Part shown: one piece after another, positions 48,540 through 58,769 of the stretch
Layout of the letters: every line of letters starts with the position of its first letter
Numbering within the stretch: the first letter of the stretch is position 1
Assembly (NCBI GenBank): GCA_046318155.1
Contig: JBKCUU010000019.1
Span: forward strand, 1-64,000
Reading direction: 5' to 3'
DNA: 64,000 nucleotides
Source of the DNA: Bdellovibrio sp.
GTDB lineage: Bacteria; Bdellovibrionota; Bdellovibrionia; Bdellovibrionales; Bdellovibrionaceae
Notes under the pieces: model-generated
Database searches by the model: none
Seen by the model: only the letters and a program-made list of their open reading frames with translations
What the model was told of the DNA's origin: nothing
Translations under genes and position numbers: made by a program

Positions 48540-50146
48540 TACATCCTGAAAACACCTTGAGATTTGTCGTCCCACTTGCGATTGAGCGAGGCCTGGATAC
48601 CCAGAGCGACCACTCGGCGCGTATCGATGGGATCAATGATACCATCATCCCAGACCCGAGCCGAAGCAAAGTACGCCGAACTTTCTTTTTCATATTTTTC
48701 GAGAATGGGCCGCTTAAACTCTGCCTGCTCAGCGCCGCTCATGCTGCCGCCCTTGCCTTCGATCTGGTCTTTTTTGATGGTGAGTAAAACATTAGCCGCT
48801 TGCTCTCCGCCCATGACCGAGATTTTAGCATTGGGCCACATCCACATCATGCGAGGAGAGTAGGCACGGCCGCACATGCCGTAATTGCCGGCGCCATGGC
48901 TGCCGCCAATGACCACGGTAAATTTGGGAACGCGCGCATTTGAAACGGCCATCACCATTTTTGCGCCGTGTTTGGCGATGCCTTCGTTTTCATATTTTTG
49001 TCCAACCATAAATCCCGTGATATTTTGCAGAAACAAGATTGGAATCTCGCGCTGGTCGCAGAGCTCAACAAAATGAGCACCTTTCAAGGCGCTTTCGCTA
49101 AAGAGAACCCCATTGTTCGCAACGATGCCAATCGGGTAACCCCAGATATGCGCAAAACCGCAGACGAGTGTCTTGCCATAACCCGCCTTGAACTCGTGAA
49201 AGCGCGAACCATCAACAAGCCTTGCAATCACTTGGCGGACGTCATAGGGGATCTTGTTGTCGCGTGAGATAATCCCGTAAATGTCTTCACTGGCGTAAAG
49301 CGGATCCTCGACGGGCCTTGTTCGCAGCGTGACGGATCGACGTTTGTTAAGATTGGCGACAATCGAACGCGTGATCTGAAGGGCGTGCTCATCGTCTTCA
49401 GCAAAATGATCGGTGACGCCGCTGAGTTCGCAATGCACGTACGCGCCGCCCAGGTCTTGCGCGGTGACTTCCTCGCCCGTCGCCGCTTTGACGAGCGGAG
49501 GTCCACCCAAAAAGATGGTGCCATTGTCTTTGACAATGACGTTCTCATCAGACATGGCAGGAACGTAAGCCCCGCCGGCCGTACATGAACCCATGACCAC
49601 CGCAATTTGGGCGATGCCCGCTGCGGACATACGTGCTTGATTATAAAAAATACGACCAAAGTGATCTCGGTCCGGAAACACCTCGGATTGCAGAGGTAAA
49701 AAAGCGCCCCCCGAATCGACCAAGTAAATACAGGGCAAGCCATTTTCAAAAGCGATCTCTTGAGCCCGCAAATGTTTTTTTGCGGTCATCGGGTAGTAAG
49801 TTCCGCCCTTGACGGTGGCATCGTTCGAGACGATCACACACTCAATGCCGTGAACCAAACCCACACCCGTGACAATACCGGCGCCGGGCGCTTGGCCTTC
49901 ATACATGTCCCAGGCCGCCAGTGATGAAAATTCAAGAAACGAGCTGCCTTGATCCAACAGGCCTTCGATGCGCTCACGAGCCGTGAGTTTTCCGCGAGAC
50001 TTATGTTTCGCGATCAGGTCCGCTCCCCCGCCCAGCTTGACTTGCTCGAGGCGGCGGCGAAATTCTTGGACCTGCGAGGCCATCGCCTCTTTGTTCGAAA
50101 CAAATTCGGCTGAAGCCGATTTAACTTCGTTCTGAATGATCTCCAT
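48539..50146 (-). CDS. liuB: Methylcrotonyl-CoA carboxylase beta (carboxyltransferase) subunit
   Basis: [48 protein letters not shown]. Confidence 0.92.
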   Translation of the reverse strand: MEIIQNEVKSASAEFVSNKEAMASQVQEFRRRLEQVKLGGGADLIAKHKSRGKLTARERIEGLLDQGSSFLEFSSLAAWDMYEGQAPGAGIVTGVGLVHGIECVIVSNDATVKGGTYYPMTAKKHLRAQEIAFENGLPCIYLVDSGGAFLPLQSEVFPDRDHFGRIFYNQARMSAAGIAQIAVVMGSCTAGGAYVPAMSDENVIVKDNGTIFLGGPPLVKAATGEEVTAQDLGGAYVHCELSGVTDHFAEDDEHALQITRSIVANLNKRRSVTLRTRPVEDPLYASEDIYGIISRDNKIPYDVRQVIARLVDGSRFHEFKAGYGKTLVCGFAHIWGYPIGIVANNGVLFSESALKGAHFVELCDQREIPILFLQNITGFMVGQKYENEGIAKHGAKMVMAVSNARVPKFTVVIGGSHGAGNYGMCGRAYSPRMMWMWPNAKISVMGGEQAANVLLTIKKDQIEGKGGSMSGAEQAEFKRPILEKYEKESSAYFASARVWDDGIIDPIDTRRVVALGIQASLNRKWDDKSQGVFRM

Positions 50147-50720
50147 GAGATCCCTTTCCGCTCAAATTCTGTGGCAAACGCAATTTAAAATTCAGGTGAA
50201 CATGGGCGACGCGCTTTTCTTCAAGATCAGAGACCGTCACCACCCACTCTTGGAGGGCGACTTGGTTCTTATAGAGCTCGGCGCGAAGGCCTTCGCGCGA
50301 AAGCTCCTCCCATTCTAAACGGACGATCAAATCACCCTTCATTTTTTGAAGGCGAGAAAACTGCAACTGATCGAGTTCAAAATCCGCCGGCACTTCCCAA
50401 CGTGCAATCAAAAGCTGCGCCATTTGGCGGGCGACGCTGATCACGACGGCTTCTTCAACCTCACCGCTCGAGGCGAGGTTGTGAGCACGCGCCGGAATAA
50501 AAGCTTCGACTTGTGAACGCGAGAGTTTGCGAACGCGAAATCCGATCGCCAAATGAAAGGGGCGAACCCAATCTAACGCAGAGTTTAAAATGCGCTTGGC
50601 TTGAGCCTGATCAATCGACCCAGTCAGGTCTTCGGCCAAGCGACCGGCGAGCCCCGCTATCTTCTTGAAGTCCTGTTGAAAATCCCTCAATCTAGTATAT
50701 GACCTCATATTCGACCTCAC
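50121..50720 (-). CDS. Hotdog-fold/thioesterase-like hypothetical protein
   Basis: [20 protein letters not shown] pattern resembles DUF4442/YiiD-type hotdog proteins; upstream of the liu cluster; start uncertain. Confidence 0.5.
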   Translation of the reverse strand: MRSNMRSYTRLRDFQQDFKKIAGLAGRLAEDLTGSIDQAQAKRILNSALDWVRPFHLAIGFRVRKLSRSQVEAFIPARAHNLASSGEVEEAVVISVARQMAQLLIARWEVPADFELDQLQFSRLQKMKGDLIVRLEWEELSREGLRAELYKNQVALQEWVVTVSDLEEKRVAHVHLNFKLRLPQNLSGKGSHGDHSERS

Positions 50721-50783
50721 GTTTGAACCTATGGCCCGAAACCAATCAACCGTAAAATCCTCTCTGATTCAAGGAAGGAAGCG

Positions 50784-51248
50784 ATGAAGTATCTTAGCTT
50801 GATCATCTTTGCTGTGCTGTTAGCTTGGACTTGGAACCTCATCCACCGCGAGCCCATCATTTCCTTCGAGACGCACGCTGGCATTCAAGAGAAGCTGGCC
50901 CAATTGATCCAACAAACCGTCCTTTCGAAAAAGCCGCAAGCGATGGATATTCGCATCCAAAAAATTTGGACCGAGCCTCAAGGGACTGACAAAGTTCAAG
51001 CTCACTTTGTTTATTCTTTCGAAGAACCCGATACCAACGGTAAAAACCTCACCAACCAGATCACTGCGCAAGGTTTGCTCGAAAAACAAGCGGATGACGG
51101 CTCTGGGCTTGAGCGCTGGAGTTTGACCAAAGTTCAAACCACCAACGACGCGGTGACTTTTGAAGAGGGTCTTTATGTCACGCCTGGCGACGAACCGGCT
51201 GCAACCGAATCTCCTGTCACCGTTCCTCCTGCTGAAGTAGGAAACTAA
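50784..51248 (+). CDS. Exported hypothetical protein
   Basis: N-terminal TM/signal; AAGGA RBS; stop overlaps the next start. Confidence 0.65.
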   Translation: MKYLSLIIFAVLLAWTWNLIHREPIISFETHAGIQEKLAQLIQQTVLSKKPQAMDIRIQKIWTEPQGTDKVQAHFVYSFEEPDTNGKNLTNQITAQGLLEKQADDGSGLERWSLTKVQTTNDAVTFEEGLYVTPGDEPAATESPVTVPPAEVGN

Positions 51249-52303
51249 TGGGCTTCCCCGAGCATTATCTCGCCATCGACGAGGATGGATATCCTCTTTT
51301 GGGAGAGATGCGAGTGCAAGACCCCAGCGTGGGCCGCCAAATCCTCAGTTTTCTGCAAACGTTTGAAAATGGCGCGGTGATCACTCAGGTCGGCACCGAA
51401 ACCGTCTTCGTCGAAGCTTTCGACGAACCTCTGATTGCCCAAATGATTTCGCCTCCCATGGGACCCACCATGACATGGACGGGCACTGGGGTTTTTGGCT
51501 ACGAGTTTCAATTTGATTTGCACAGCCTGACGCTGGATGAGTGGGACCGCTTTCACGGGCTGTCGGTGGGCCGCATTCCTTTTGTGATGTCCCGCAAAGC
51601 GCAGGCGGCCTTTTTTAATCAGCTCGAAGAATTTGATGACGATTCGATCACCTTTGGCGGCGTCAAATTTGAGATTGAGCCCTGGCTGACATCGAAGGCT
51701 GAGATCCGGCAAGAGTCTTATTGGTCAAAAATCTACCAAACCGAAACGCCCGGCTGGGAAATGAACCAGCCCGCTCCCGCCTTGGTCGATATGCTTCCGC
51801 GCATGAAGCTGCCAAAATCTCGGATTCTGGTTTTGGGTTGTGGCTCGGGTACTGATGCTGCTTTTTTTGCCGATCACGGCCACGTTGTGACAGCGGTTGA
51901 TTTTTCGCCTGAGGCGATTGAACGCGGACAGAGGAAGTATGGTCATCTGAGCAATCTTAAGTTTGTGCAAAAAGATGTCTTTGAAATCGATCATACCTGG
52001 AACCAGAGCTTTGATTTTATCTTCGAACACACCTGTTATTGCGCGGTCCCTCCCGAGCGTCGAAACGACCTGATCCAAATCTGGCGCCGCGTTCTCGTTC
52101 CGACCGGACAATTGATGGCCGTCTTTTTTGCAGTCGATCGTCGCGACGGGCCACCATTTGGCGGCACCGAGTGGGAGCTTCGCCAACGTCTCAAAAAAGA
52201 CTTCACCTTTCAGTTTTGGGGCCGCTGGCGCCAATCGATTGGGAGGCGTAACGGAAAAGAGCTCTTCGTGCTTGCAACTAAACGTGACCACCTACAAACT
52301 TAG
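51248..52303 (+). CDS. Class I SAM-dependent methyltransferase (TPMT/thiol-halide MT-like) with extra N-terminal domain
   Basis: ILVLGCGSGTD, VDFS, DFIFEHTCYCAVPP, GPPFG. Confidence 0.85.
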   Translation: MGFPEHYLAIDEDGYPLLGEMRVQDPSVGRQILSFLQTFENGAVITQVGTETVFVEAFDEPLIAQMISPPMGPTMTWTGTGVFGYEFQFDLHSLTLDEWDRFHGLSVGRIPFVMSRKAQAAFFNQLEEFDDDSITFGGVKFEIEPWLTSKAEIRQESYWSKIYQTETPGWEMNQPAPALVDMLPRMKLPKSRILVLGCGSGTDAAFFADHGHVVTAVDFSPEAIERGQRKYGHLSNLKFVQKDVFEIDHTWNQSFDFIFEHTCYCAVPPERRNDLIQIWRRVLVPTGQLMAVFFAVDRRDGPPFGGTEWELRQRLKKDFTFQFWGRWRQSIGRRNGKELFVLATKRDHLQT

Positions 52304-52312
52304 AAAAATTTG

Positions 52313-53002
52313 ATGGAGGCCTTTTTGCAAAAAATCCTTGTCTCGCTGATGACCACAAATCTTATGTTCTCGAGCTTTGTCGAAGCCAAGCCGGTCGTTG
52401 TCCCCAAACAAGAAACGGTTGTCGAAGACTCGAGTGCTCACCATCGAGTTGACAAGCGATACTCAGCCGATGCGATCCTCACGGGGATCGGTCCGAGTAT
52501 CACCGGAACTGCTGGAGTCCAACTCGGTTACTATCTCGATCACGATTCTTTAGTGATTCTCGAACTGACTCGCGGAAATCTGAGATCAGACTCCCAGCTG
52601 ACTTCGAGCACTGTCGGTTCAAAATACGAAATCACATCGGGCTCAATCGGCGGCCACTATAAAAACTTTGTCGGCAATTCATTCTACTATCGCGCTGGTG
52701 GCGACTTTCGAACTCTTGATTACAAATACACCTTCACGTCTGGTGTTGTGGATACGGCCACTTTTAAAGGGACATCGCTGGTGGCCAACATTCAGATCGG
52801 AAACCAATGGCAGTGGGAAAACTTCACTCTCGGTTGTGACTGGGTCGGATTTGTTCTCCCCATTTACAGCCAAATTAAAGATGACGTCGTCAACTCGTCG
52901 ACACCCTCTCTCGAGCGCAAACGGCTTGATGACGACGCCCAGACTCTGGTCAAGAGCAATCACATCACCTTGCTGCGATTTTACTTGGGTGCCTCATTTT
53001 AG
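52313..53002 (+). CDS. Outer-membrane beta-barrel protein
   Basis: Signal-like N-terminus; IGNQWQWENFTLGCDWVG; ends in FYLGASF. Confidence 0.7.
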   Translation: MEAFLQKILVSLMTTNLMFSSFVEAKPVVVPKQETVVEDSSAHHRVDKRYSADAILTGIGPSITGTAGVQLGYYLDHDSLVILELTRGNLRSDSQLTSSTVGSKYEITSGSIGGHYKNFVGNSFYYRAGGDFRTLDYKYTFTSGVVDTATFKGTSLVANIQIGNQWQWENFTLGCDWVGFVLPIYSQIKDDVVNSSTPSLERKRLDDDAQTLVKSNHITLLRFYLGASF

Positions 53003-53003
53003 T

Positions 53004-53633
53004 TTACTGATAGATCGGTAAGCTGAGCTCGCCAATCAGTTTCCAGAAGTCCTCAGGCGTGTCTTTGAAGGACTTCTCGCTCAAAAGATAGCCCGTCATT
53101 TTGCGGGCTTTAACCGAGTTCTTCTCTCCCAATTTTGAGAAATGTTCATAGACGATTTCGTGCAGGGTCAGCGCCGCGCGCCCACGCTCATCCATCATCT
53201 TCCACAGCTCTTCATCGATCATAAAATCCTTGGTCAAACTGTCTTTTTGTAAACGCCTGATCGCTAATTGTTTGAGCGAACAATTTTTTGGAGCAGCCGC
53301 GTGAGCCGTGTCTTGCGTCGGCGTCAAATCCACATCCGAACGAAACTCGACTTGCGAATCAAAAGCCTGATTCCTGCGCGCGTACTGCTTTGCAAGGGCC
53401 GGGGCGAGCCGTTCCAGGTTTTGCCACACTTTTTTAAGAGTCTCTTCACGATTTAAATCTTTAAGTGAGGCCTCCGGGGCCGCCGTCATTTCGGTTAAGT
53501 CCAAGACTCGCACTTCTTGTTTGCCATTTTTTTCGCAGACAAATCCGACGCCACCATTACCGACACCATTGCCATTGTTGCTCCCAGCACCGAGCGACAC
53601 TAAACTCATCATCAAGACAAACAAAGAATTCAT
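53004..53633 (-). CDS. Secreted GNGG-motif protein with LHEIVY motif
   Basis: Signal peptide, GNGVGNGG..VC, C..KQLAI, ALTLHEIVYEH. Confidence 0.65.
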   Translation of the reverse strand: MNSLFVLMMSLVSLGAGSNNGNGVGNGGVGFVCEKNGKQEVRVLDLTEMTAAPEASLKDLNREETLKKVWQNLERLAPALAKQYARRNQAFDSQVEFRSDVDLTPTQDTAHAAAPKNCSLKQLAIRRLQKDSLTKDFMIDEELWKMMDERGRAALTLHEIVYEHFSKLGEKNSVKARKMTGYLLSEKSFKDTPEDFWKLIGELSLPIYQ

Positions 53634-53644
53634 GCGTCCACCTT

Positions 53645-54310
53645 TTAAAATTGAATCGGAATTTCGTACTTGAGCACATCGCCTTCGACCGTCGTCAGGG
53701 TCAAGATGACGTGCTTTGCAATATACTCGGTCGGAATGTTCACAAGCACCCAGCGGCGCAAAAATCCCTGGCTAGGGACCGTGATCGGCGCGAGGACGTA
53801 ATTTTCTGGAATGATCTCAGAGGTTTGTGCCTGACGTTGACTGTCGCGCACATCGCGCGTGGCGCGCCAACCGGCTCCAGCACCCATAGTGGCCAGCCCC
53901 AAAGATTCAAAGCCACCGTTGTTGGAACGTGATCCCGAGATCGCGATTCCGGCACCCGTCAAGATGAGAGCGGCCATTCCCAAGTCACTGTTGTGCCGAT
54001 TGAGCTTTCGCTTGTTCTTGTAAGACTCGGCCCAGATTTTGAGATCCTCGCCGACGATGACATTATGTGCCGCTTTTGATTGGTTCGGAAACTCAACCTT
54101 AACCTGGTCGATTCGAAGCCAACGCGTGCCTTTGTTTTCGAAGGTAAAATCGATAAAAACATTCGATTTGTCGGAATACTCAGTGACAGGATTCGCACTG
54201 ACTTCAAGATTCTGGCTGGTACCATCGATTTGTCGCCCTTTGGCTCCCGGGTGGGTCGTCGCGCAACCAGCAAGCAGCAGTAAAAGTGAAAGCGTCCACA
54301 AGTTCTTCAT
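53645..54310 (-). CDS. Hypothetical lipoprotein
   Basis: Lipobox LAGC; internal Gly-rich hydrophobic hairpin (ALILTGAGIAISG..GLATMGAGAG). Confidence 0.7.
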   Translation of the reverse strand: MKNLWTLSLLLLLAGCATTHPGAKGRQIDGTSQNLEVSANPVTEYSDKSNVFIDFTFENKGTRWLRIDQVKVEFPNQSKAAHNVIVGEDLKIWAESYKNKRKLNRHNSDLGMAALILTGAGIAISGSRSNNGGFESLGLATMGAGAGWRATRDVRDSQRQAQTSEIIPENYVLAPITVPSQGFLRRWVLVNIPTEYIAKHVILTLTTVEGDVLKYEIPIQF

Positions 54311-54311
54311 C

Positions 54312-55079
54312 TTAGGCCTCTCCAGTCGTCACGACGGGCTCTTGGGAAACAGATAATGGAAACAACTGGCAGGCAAAGGTGTAAACTTCGGTCGCGTCAC
54401 CCTTATCTAAGAGCTTCACGATGTTTCCACGAAAATCTTCGATCGCCTTTTTGGCCTTGGGAATATTTTTGGGATTGATGGCCATCGTCATCGACGTAAA
54501 GTCGCGCTTTTCCAGGGGCACTGATAATTTTTCAGCAGCGAGCGCCAGTGTTTGTTGGTGCGAACGTTGGATCGAGACCGACGGCTTTTCGGTGATCACG
54601 CGAATCGCGTCACACAGTTGCTCAAACTTAGAACCGACAGACAAAACACCCATGCGCTCAAGGCGCTCGATGGCTTGGCGCGCTTGTTCGGGGGAAATTC
54701 CCAATCGTTCAGAAATCTGTTTGGCATCTTTGGTCATGCCCTTGACGTGGGTCAGGCTTAAAATCGCGAAGTGCCACCAATCGGCGATCAAGCGAAACTC
54801 GTCCTCGGACATCATTGTTTTGCGCTGATCGAGGGCCGTTTCGCCTTTTGAGATTTCCTCCAAAAACTGCATCGACTCTAAGGGAGAGAAATGTAGGATT
54901 TCAGCAATACGGCGGTAGGTCTTCATGGTCACGACCCGTTTGCCCGAGATCACTTGCGAGACTTGCGCGGGGCTGAGACCCAAATTTTTGGCAAAAGCCC
55001 GCAGCGAATAGGCGGGGTTTTTGTCTTGCCGTCGCTTGAGTTCGGCGTTGAGTGTTTCGCGAAGATTCTTTGTTTCCAT
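54312..55079 (-). CDS. TIGR02147/DUF4423 family HTH protein
   Basis: NPAYSLRAFAKNLGLSPAQVSQVISGKR, FRLIADWWHFAILSL, RDFTSMTMAI, VY....QLFPLS. Confidence 0.88.
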   Translation of the reverse strand: METKNLRETLNAELKRRQDKNPAYSLRAFAKNLGLSPAQVSQVISGKRVVTMKTYRRIAEILHFSPLESMQFLEEISKGETALDQRKTMMSEDEFRLIADWWHFAILSLTHVKGMTKDAKQISERLGISPEQARQAIERLERMGVLSVGSKFEQLCDAIRVITEKPSVSIQRSHQQTLALAAEKLSVPLEKRDFTSMTMAINPKNIPKAKKAIEDFRGNIVKLLDKGDATEVYTFACQLFPLSVSQEPVVTTGEA

Positions 55080-55096
55080 GCCCTAGAAATAGCCCC

Positions 55097-55175
55097 GTTT
55101 CAGAGTTCGGACAAAGCCTTTCTGAAACAGGCGTTTCAGATCCTGAAACAAATGCCTGTGGAATTTTTGAAACAG
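55097..55175. promoter_or_regulatory. Array of five TGAAAC half-sites, likely operator
   Basis: GTTTCAG 55097, TCTGAAAC-aggc-GTTTCAGA perfect inverted repeat 55121-55140, CTGAAAC 55143, TGAAAC 55168. Confidence 0.6.
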
Positions 55176-55240
55176 CAAGCCTCCAGCGAGTCTTTACTTG
55201 TATGAGAAAACCTCTTTAATTTTAGTTACTTAAATTGTCA

Positions 55241-56755
55241 TTAATGAGAGGCGAGAGCGCCTTGTTTCGACCCCAAGTGTGACCGTTGACGATCAGGAAG
55301 GGCCTGGACCTGTGACGCTTTTTCGTCTCCCTGTGGCTTTTGGCGTTGCTGCTGATCGGCCTCAAGGAGAGCTCGAATTCGCTCGAGATCGACGCCCAAA
55401 ACCTGATTCAAGACAGCCGGTAGTTGCTCGTCCAACTGCCGCAAATGAATCGAATGCGTCCGTCCAAAAGTTTGATGCAAGGCCTGCGACACCCGAAAGA
55501 CCGCATCAAAAAGTGAACGCTGTTTTTTGAACACGGTCATGACCGAATTGTAGCGGCCCGAATTGGCAATCAAATCCCAGAAGTCGGCAAAGATCTCGAG
55601 TTGCACCAACTGCTGGGCACTCAGATCTTTGTTTTGCTCAATTTGAAAAGGCGACTCGCTGGAGTACTGCATCGCAAATGCCTGATCATGCCGAACGATC
55701 GGCGTTCCCTTCAAACGCTTGAGAATCCCGACCTGAACTTCGTCAGGCTCAAGACTCGCCAAAGCATCAAAGCCTTGAGCAAAGGACTCGAAAGTTTCAC
55801 CGGGTAGTCCGATAATCAGGTCGGCATGGGTGTGAACACCCGTTTCGGCTTTCAGAAAGCGAAAGTTCTCTTGGATTTTTTCGTAGTTTTGCCGGCGACT
55901 GACATTTCTGGCAACCAGCGGACTCCACGTTTGGACTCCGATTTCAAATTGCAGCGATCCCGCCGGAAACTTTTTGATCAACTCTTTAAGCTCATCGGGC
56001 AAACGGTCGGGCACCATTTCAAAATGCAGAAACAGGCCCAGCTCAATGCGGTCCAAAAAAAATTGCAAGATTTGGCAGCTCACGGTGGGGCTTAAATTAA
56101 ACGTCCGGTCGACAAATTTAAACTGCCGCGCTCCCCGCTGAATCAATTGGTCCATTTGAACTAAAAATTCAGCGGCTGAAAAATTCCGAACCGAAACATC
56201 AAGCGACGACAAACAGTACTCGCATTTATAAGGGCAGCCCCGAGAAGCCTCAACGTAAAGCGTGCGGTGCTTGATGTCCTCATCCGAGTACAGATGATAG
56301 GGCATCACCACTTGTTTAATCTCAGGCAACTTGGGGCCAATGATTTTCTTTTCAGGCAATTGGCCTTGATCAATCCAATTGGCGACAAAATCGCGCAAAA
56401 GAAAATCGGCTTCGCCTTTAAAGACGTAACTCAAGTATTGAAAAATAGGCTGTGTTTCAGTTTCAAACGTGATCTCGGGTCCGCCGGCGATGATAATCAA
56501 CTCAGGTCGTTGTTCACGAAGAAGCTTAACGACCTCTAAAGTCTGATTGGTGTTCCAGATGTAAATGCCAAAACCGACCAAATCTGGATTCAGAGCCAGA
56601 ATATCGGCCACGATCTCAGCTGGTGGCCGTTTAATGGTGAACTCTTTAATAACCGAGTACTGCTCGTTCACACCCAAATTGGCCTGCAGGTAACGCAAAC
56701 CAAAGCTGGCGTGCGTGTACCGGGCGTTAAGAGTTGAAAGAACAATTTTCATCAA
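55241..56755 (-). CDS. B12-binding radical SAM protein (DUF4080-type)
   Basis: N-terminal B12-binding domain (GIYIWN, GGPE), EASRGCPYKCEYC, FVDRTFN, EIGVQT, HADLIIGLPGE. Confidence 0.85.
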   Translation of the reverse strand: MMKIVLSTLNARYTHASFGLRYLQANLGVNEQYSVIKEFTIKRPPAEIVADILALNPDLVGFGIYIWNTNQTLEVVKLLREQRPELIIIAGGPEITFETETQPIFQYLSYVFKGEADFLLRDFVANWIDQGQLPEKKIIGPKLPEIKQVVMPYHLYSDEDIKHRTLYVEASRGCPYKCEYCLSSLDVSVRNFSAAEFLVQMDQLIQRGARQFKFVDRTFNLSPTVSCQILQFFLDRIELGLFLHFEMVPDRLPDELKELIKKFPAGSLQFEIGVQTWSPLVARNVSRRQNYEKIQENFRFLKAETGVHTHADLIIGLPGETFESFAQGFDALASLEPDEVQVGILKRLKGTPIVRHDQAFAMQYSSESPFQIEQNKDLSAQQLVQLEIFADFWDLIANSGRYNSVMTVFKKQRSLFDAVFRVSQALHQTFGRTHSIHLRQLDEQLPAVLNQVLGVDLERIRALLEADQQQRQKPQGDEKASQVQALPDRQRSHLGSKQGALASH

Positions 56756-58584
56756 TTGCTCGACAACAGCTTTTCAAAATCAGATACTTTTTTCTCGACG
56801 ATGCCGATGCTGCCCAACCAAAAATCAGGTTTGCGGATGTCTTGACCCAAATGTTTCTGAATCAAGTCCTCGGCGGTCATGCGGCCTGTATCGCGCAAAA
56901 TCTCCACGTAGGCTTTCGAAAATCCCGCTCCCAATTCGGCCCGCTTGGCATAAATACCCAAGCTAAAGAGGTAACCAAAGGTGTAGGGGTAGTTGTAAAA
57001 ACTCACGCCCGAGATCGAGAAGTGAAGTTTGGTCATCCAGTACTGGCGTTCGGTTTGCGAAAGCTCTTCACCATACCATTTGAGCCATGCCTTCTCGGTC
57101 AAATCTGAGAGCTCGCCGGCTGACAGAGCACCATTTTTGCGTGCTTCATAAAACGATTTCTCAAATTCATAACGAGCCGGAATATTCACGAGCAGAGCGG
57201 CCGCATCGGCCGCGTGCGCCCAAGCAATTCCAAAACGAGTTTCGGCATCACCGGCCTCATTCAAATGATCCGCCAGCAAAGTCTCGGCAAAGATCGAAGC
57301 CGTCTCGGCCAATGTCATTGGGTATTCAAGGTGCGCAAAGGGCATATCCCGCATGACCCATGAATGGTAAGCGTGGCCCAACTCATGCGCCAGCGTCGAC
57401 ATTTCTTGGTAAGAACCCATGTAGGTTTGAAAGACGCGAGGGCTGCGCGATTTCATAAATCCAGTGCAGTAAGCACCTGGTTTTTTATTGGGAAGGACGC
57501 GCGCTTCGATCCAATTATTCTTGACCATCATGCGAACAAATTCGCCCATGCTGGAATCAACGCCCGCAAAAGCTTGTTCGATCAAAGCGATGCCTTTTTC
57601 AAATGGGTAGTTGGCACCCTTGGCCGCTTTGGGCGACGGCGCCATAATGTCCCAAGGATCTAAACGCGTTTTACCCAGGCATTTGGCCATGGATTTCAGA
57701 GCGCGGCGGGGGACGGTGATGCGGCTTTGAACCGCGTTCATCATGGCTTCAAGGGTGTCGCGTTCAATTTTGGATTCCATCAAAGGAAACTCTAAAAAGT
57801 CCAATGGACGGGTGTGCGAACGCTTGCGGTATTCTTCGAGGCGAAAGCCTGACAAATTGTTTAAAACCGCAGCACAAGGTTCTTCAAATTTTTTCCAAGC
57901 GTCTTGAATCCCCGTCCACGCTTCTTTGCGCAAAGACTCGTCATTTCCACGCAAAAGTCCCGTCGCCTCAGCAACGCCGACCGCTTTGCTTTGCGAGGGA
58001 AGCTCCACTTTAAGCGATCCCGAAATCTGATCATACATATCGCCCCAGCTGTGCAGACCAAACTGCTTAAACTGAGCCAGCGTCATCTCTTCGCTGGTCG
58101 ACAGCATCAAATCCTTCATCTTGCGTTTTTCACTCCACAAGAACGTCTCAGATTTTGTGTGCTCTGAGCTGAGGTAATCTTTCAAAACCGATTCATCCGC
58201 CCGCGTGAGGTAAACTTCAAAAGGTTTCATGACAGTCGAAAGGTCAGCCGCGATTTTTTGAATTTGCGACATCGCTTTTAAAGCCGCCGCATTTTTAGCA
58301 TCGACAGAAAGCTCGCAATTCACGAACGTCGATAAATTCGAGAGCAGGACACCCGCGTTCTCGCCCAGCTGAGAAATTTTTTGCAAACCCAGGATCAATT
58401 GCGGGCGAGCCCCGCCGACGTCAGCCCCGTCAAACCATTTGGCCATTTCAAGATTCACGATTTGCAGTTGTTCCCAGAGCGTCTGCACTTGAGCCAGGTC
58501 ATCATTAAAGTCCGAAGCCCCAATACCTTTGTACTCGGTTGTATTGTTCCAAGCCGGTAAAGCCGCCATCGAAGTCTCCATCAT
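56752..58584 (-). CDS. M3 family oligoendopeptidase F
   Basis: KKPGAYC, TLAHELGHAYH, LAETASIFAE, HF..SFYNYPYTFG; GGGAGG RBS. Confidence 0.9.
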   Translation of the reverse strand: MMETSMAALPAWNNTTEYKGIGASDFNDDLAQVQTLWEQLQIVNLEMAKWFDGADVGGARPQLILGLQKISQLGENAGVLLSNLSTFVNCELSVDAKNAAALKAMSQIQKIAADLSTVMKPFEVYLTRADESVLKDYLSSEHTKSETFLWSEKRKMKDLMLSTSEEMTLAQFKQFGLHSWGDMYDQISGSLKVELPSQSKAVGVAEATGLLRGNDESLRKEAWTGIQDAWKKFEEPCAAVLNNLSGFRLEEYRKRSHTRPLDFLEFPLMESKIERDTLEAMMNAVQSRITVPRRALKSMAKCLGKTRLDPWDIMAPSPKAAKGANYPFEKGIALIEQAFAGVDSSMGEFVRMMVKNNWIEARVLPNKKPGAYCTGFMKSRSPRVFQTYMGSYQEMSTLAHELGHAYHSWVMRDMPFAHLEYPMTLAETASIFAETLLADHLNEAGDAETRFGIAWAHAADAAALLVNIPARYEFEKSFYEARKNGALSAGELSDLTEKAWLKWYGEELSQTERQYWMTKLHFSISGVSFYNYPYTFGYLFSLGIYAKRAELGAGFSKAYVEILRDTGRMTAEDLIQKHLGQDIRKPDFWLGSIGIVEKKVSDFEKLLSSN

Positions 58585-58595
58585 TCCCTCCCAAA

Positions 58596-58724
58596 AAAAT
58601 GGTGCTGCTACATTGTGCGGAAGCAGTGCTTCCAAAAATGGAGCCGTCGCAGTCGCGCCTCAGTACATAGTGTGGATGCGGCGTTTCTGCAAAATGTAGC
58701 TGCTACATTTTGTGGAAGCGGCGG
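58596..58724. repeat. Degenerate ~34-bp repeats containing the palindrome AAAATGTAGC-T-GCTACATTTT
   Basis: Units at 58596 and 58691 are 27/34 identical by manual alignment; a partial third unit lies at about 58664-58685. Confidence 0.7.
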
Positions 58725-58729
58725 GTTGA

Positions 58730-58760
58730 GGGAAAAAGGCGAGGGGCCGTGAGGCCCCTC
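58730..58760 (-). terminator. Probable terminator of rnpB
   Basis: GAGGGGCC-TCAC-GGCCCCTC hairpin followed by GCCTTTTT on the minus strand. Confidence 0.6.
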
Positions 58761-58769
58761 AAATTCGGA

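Noticed and set aside
58596..58724. Possible CRISPR array
   Set aside because: Only 2-3 degenerate units with irregular spacing, no unique spacers of uniform size and no cas genes.
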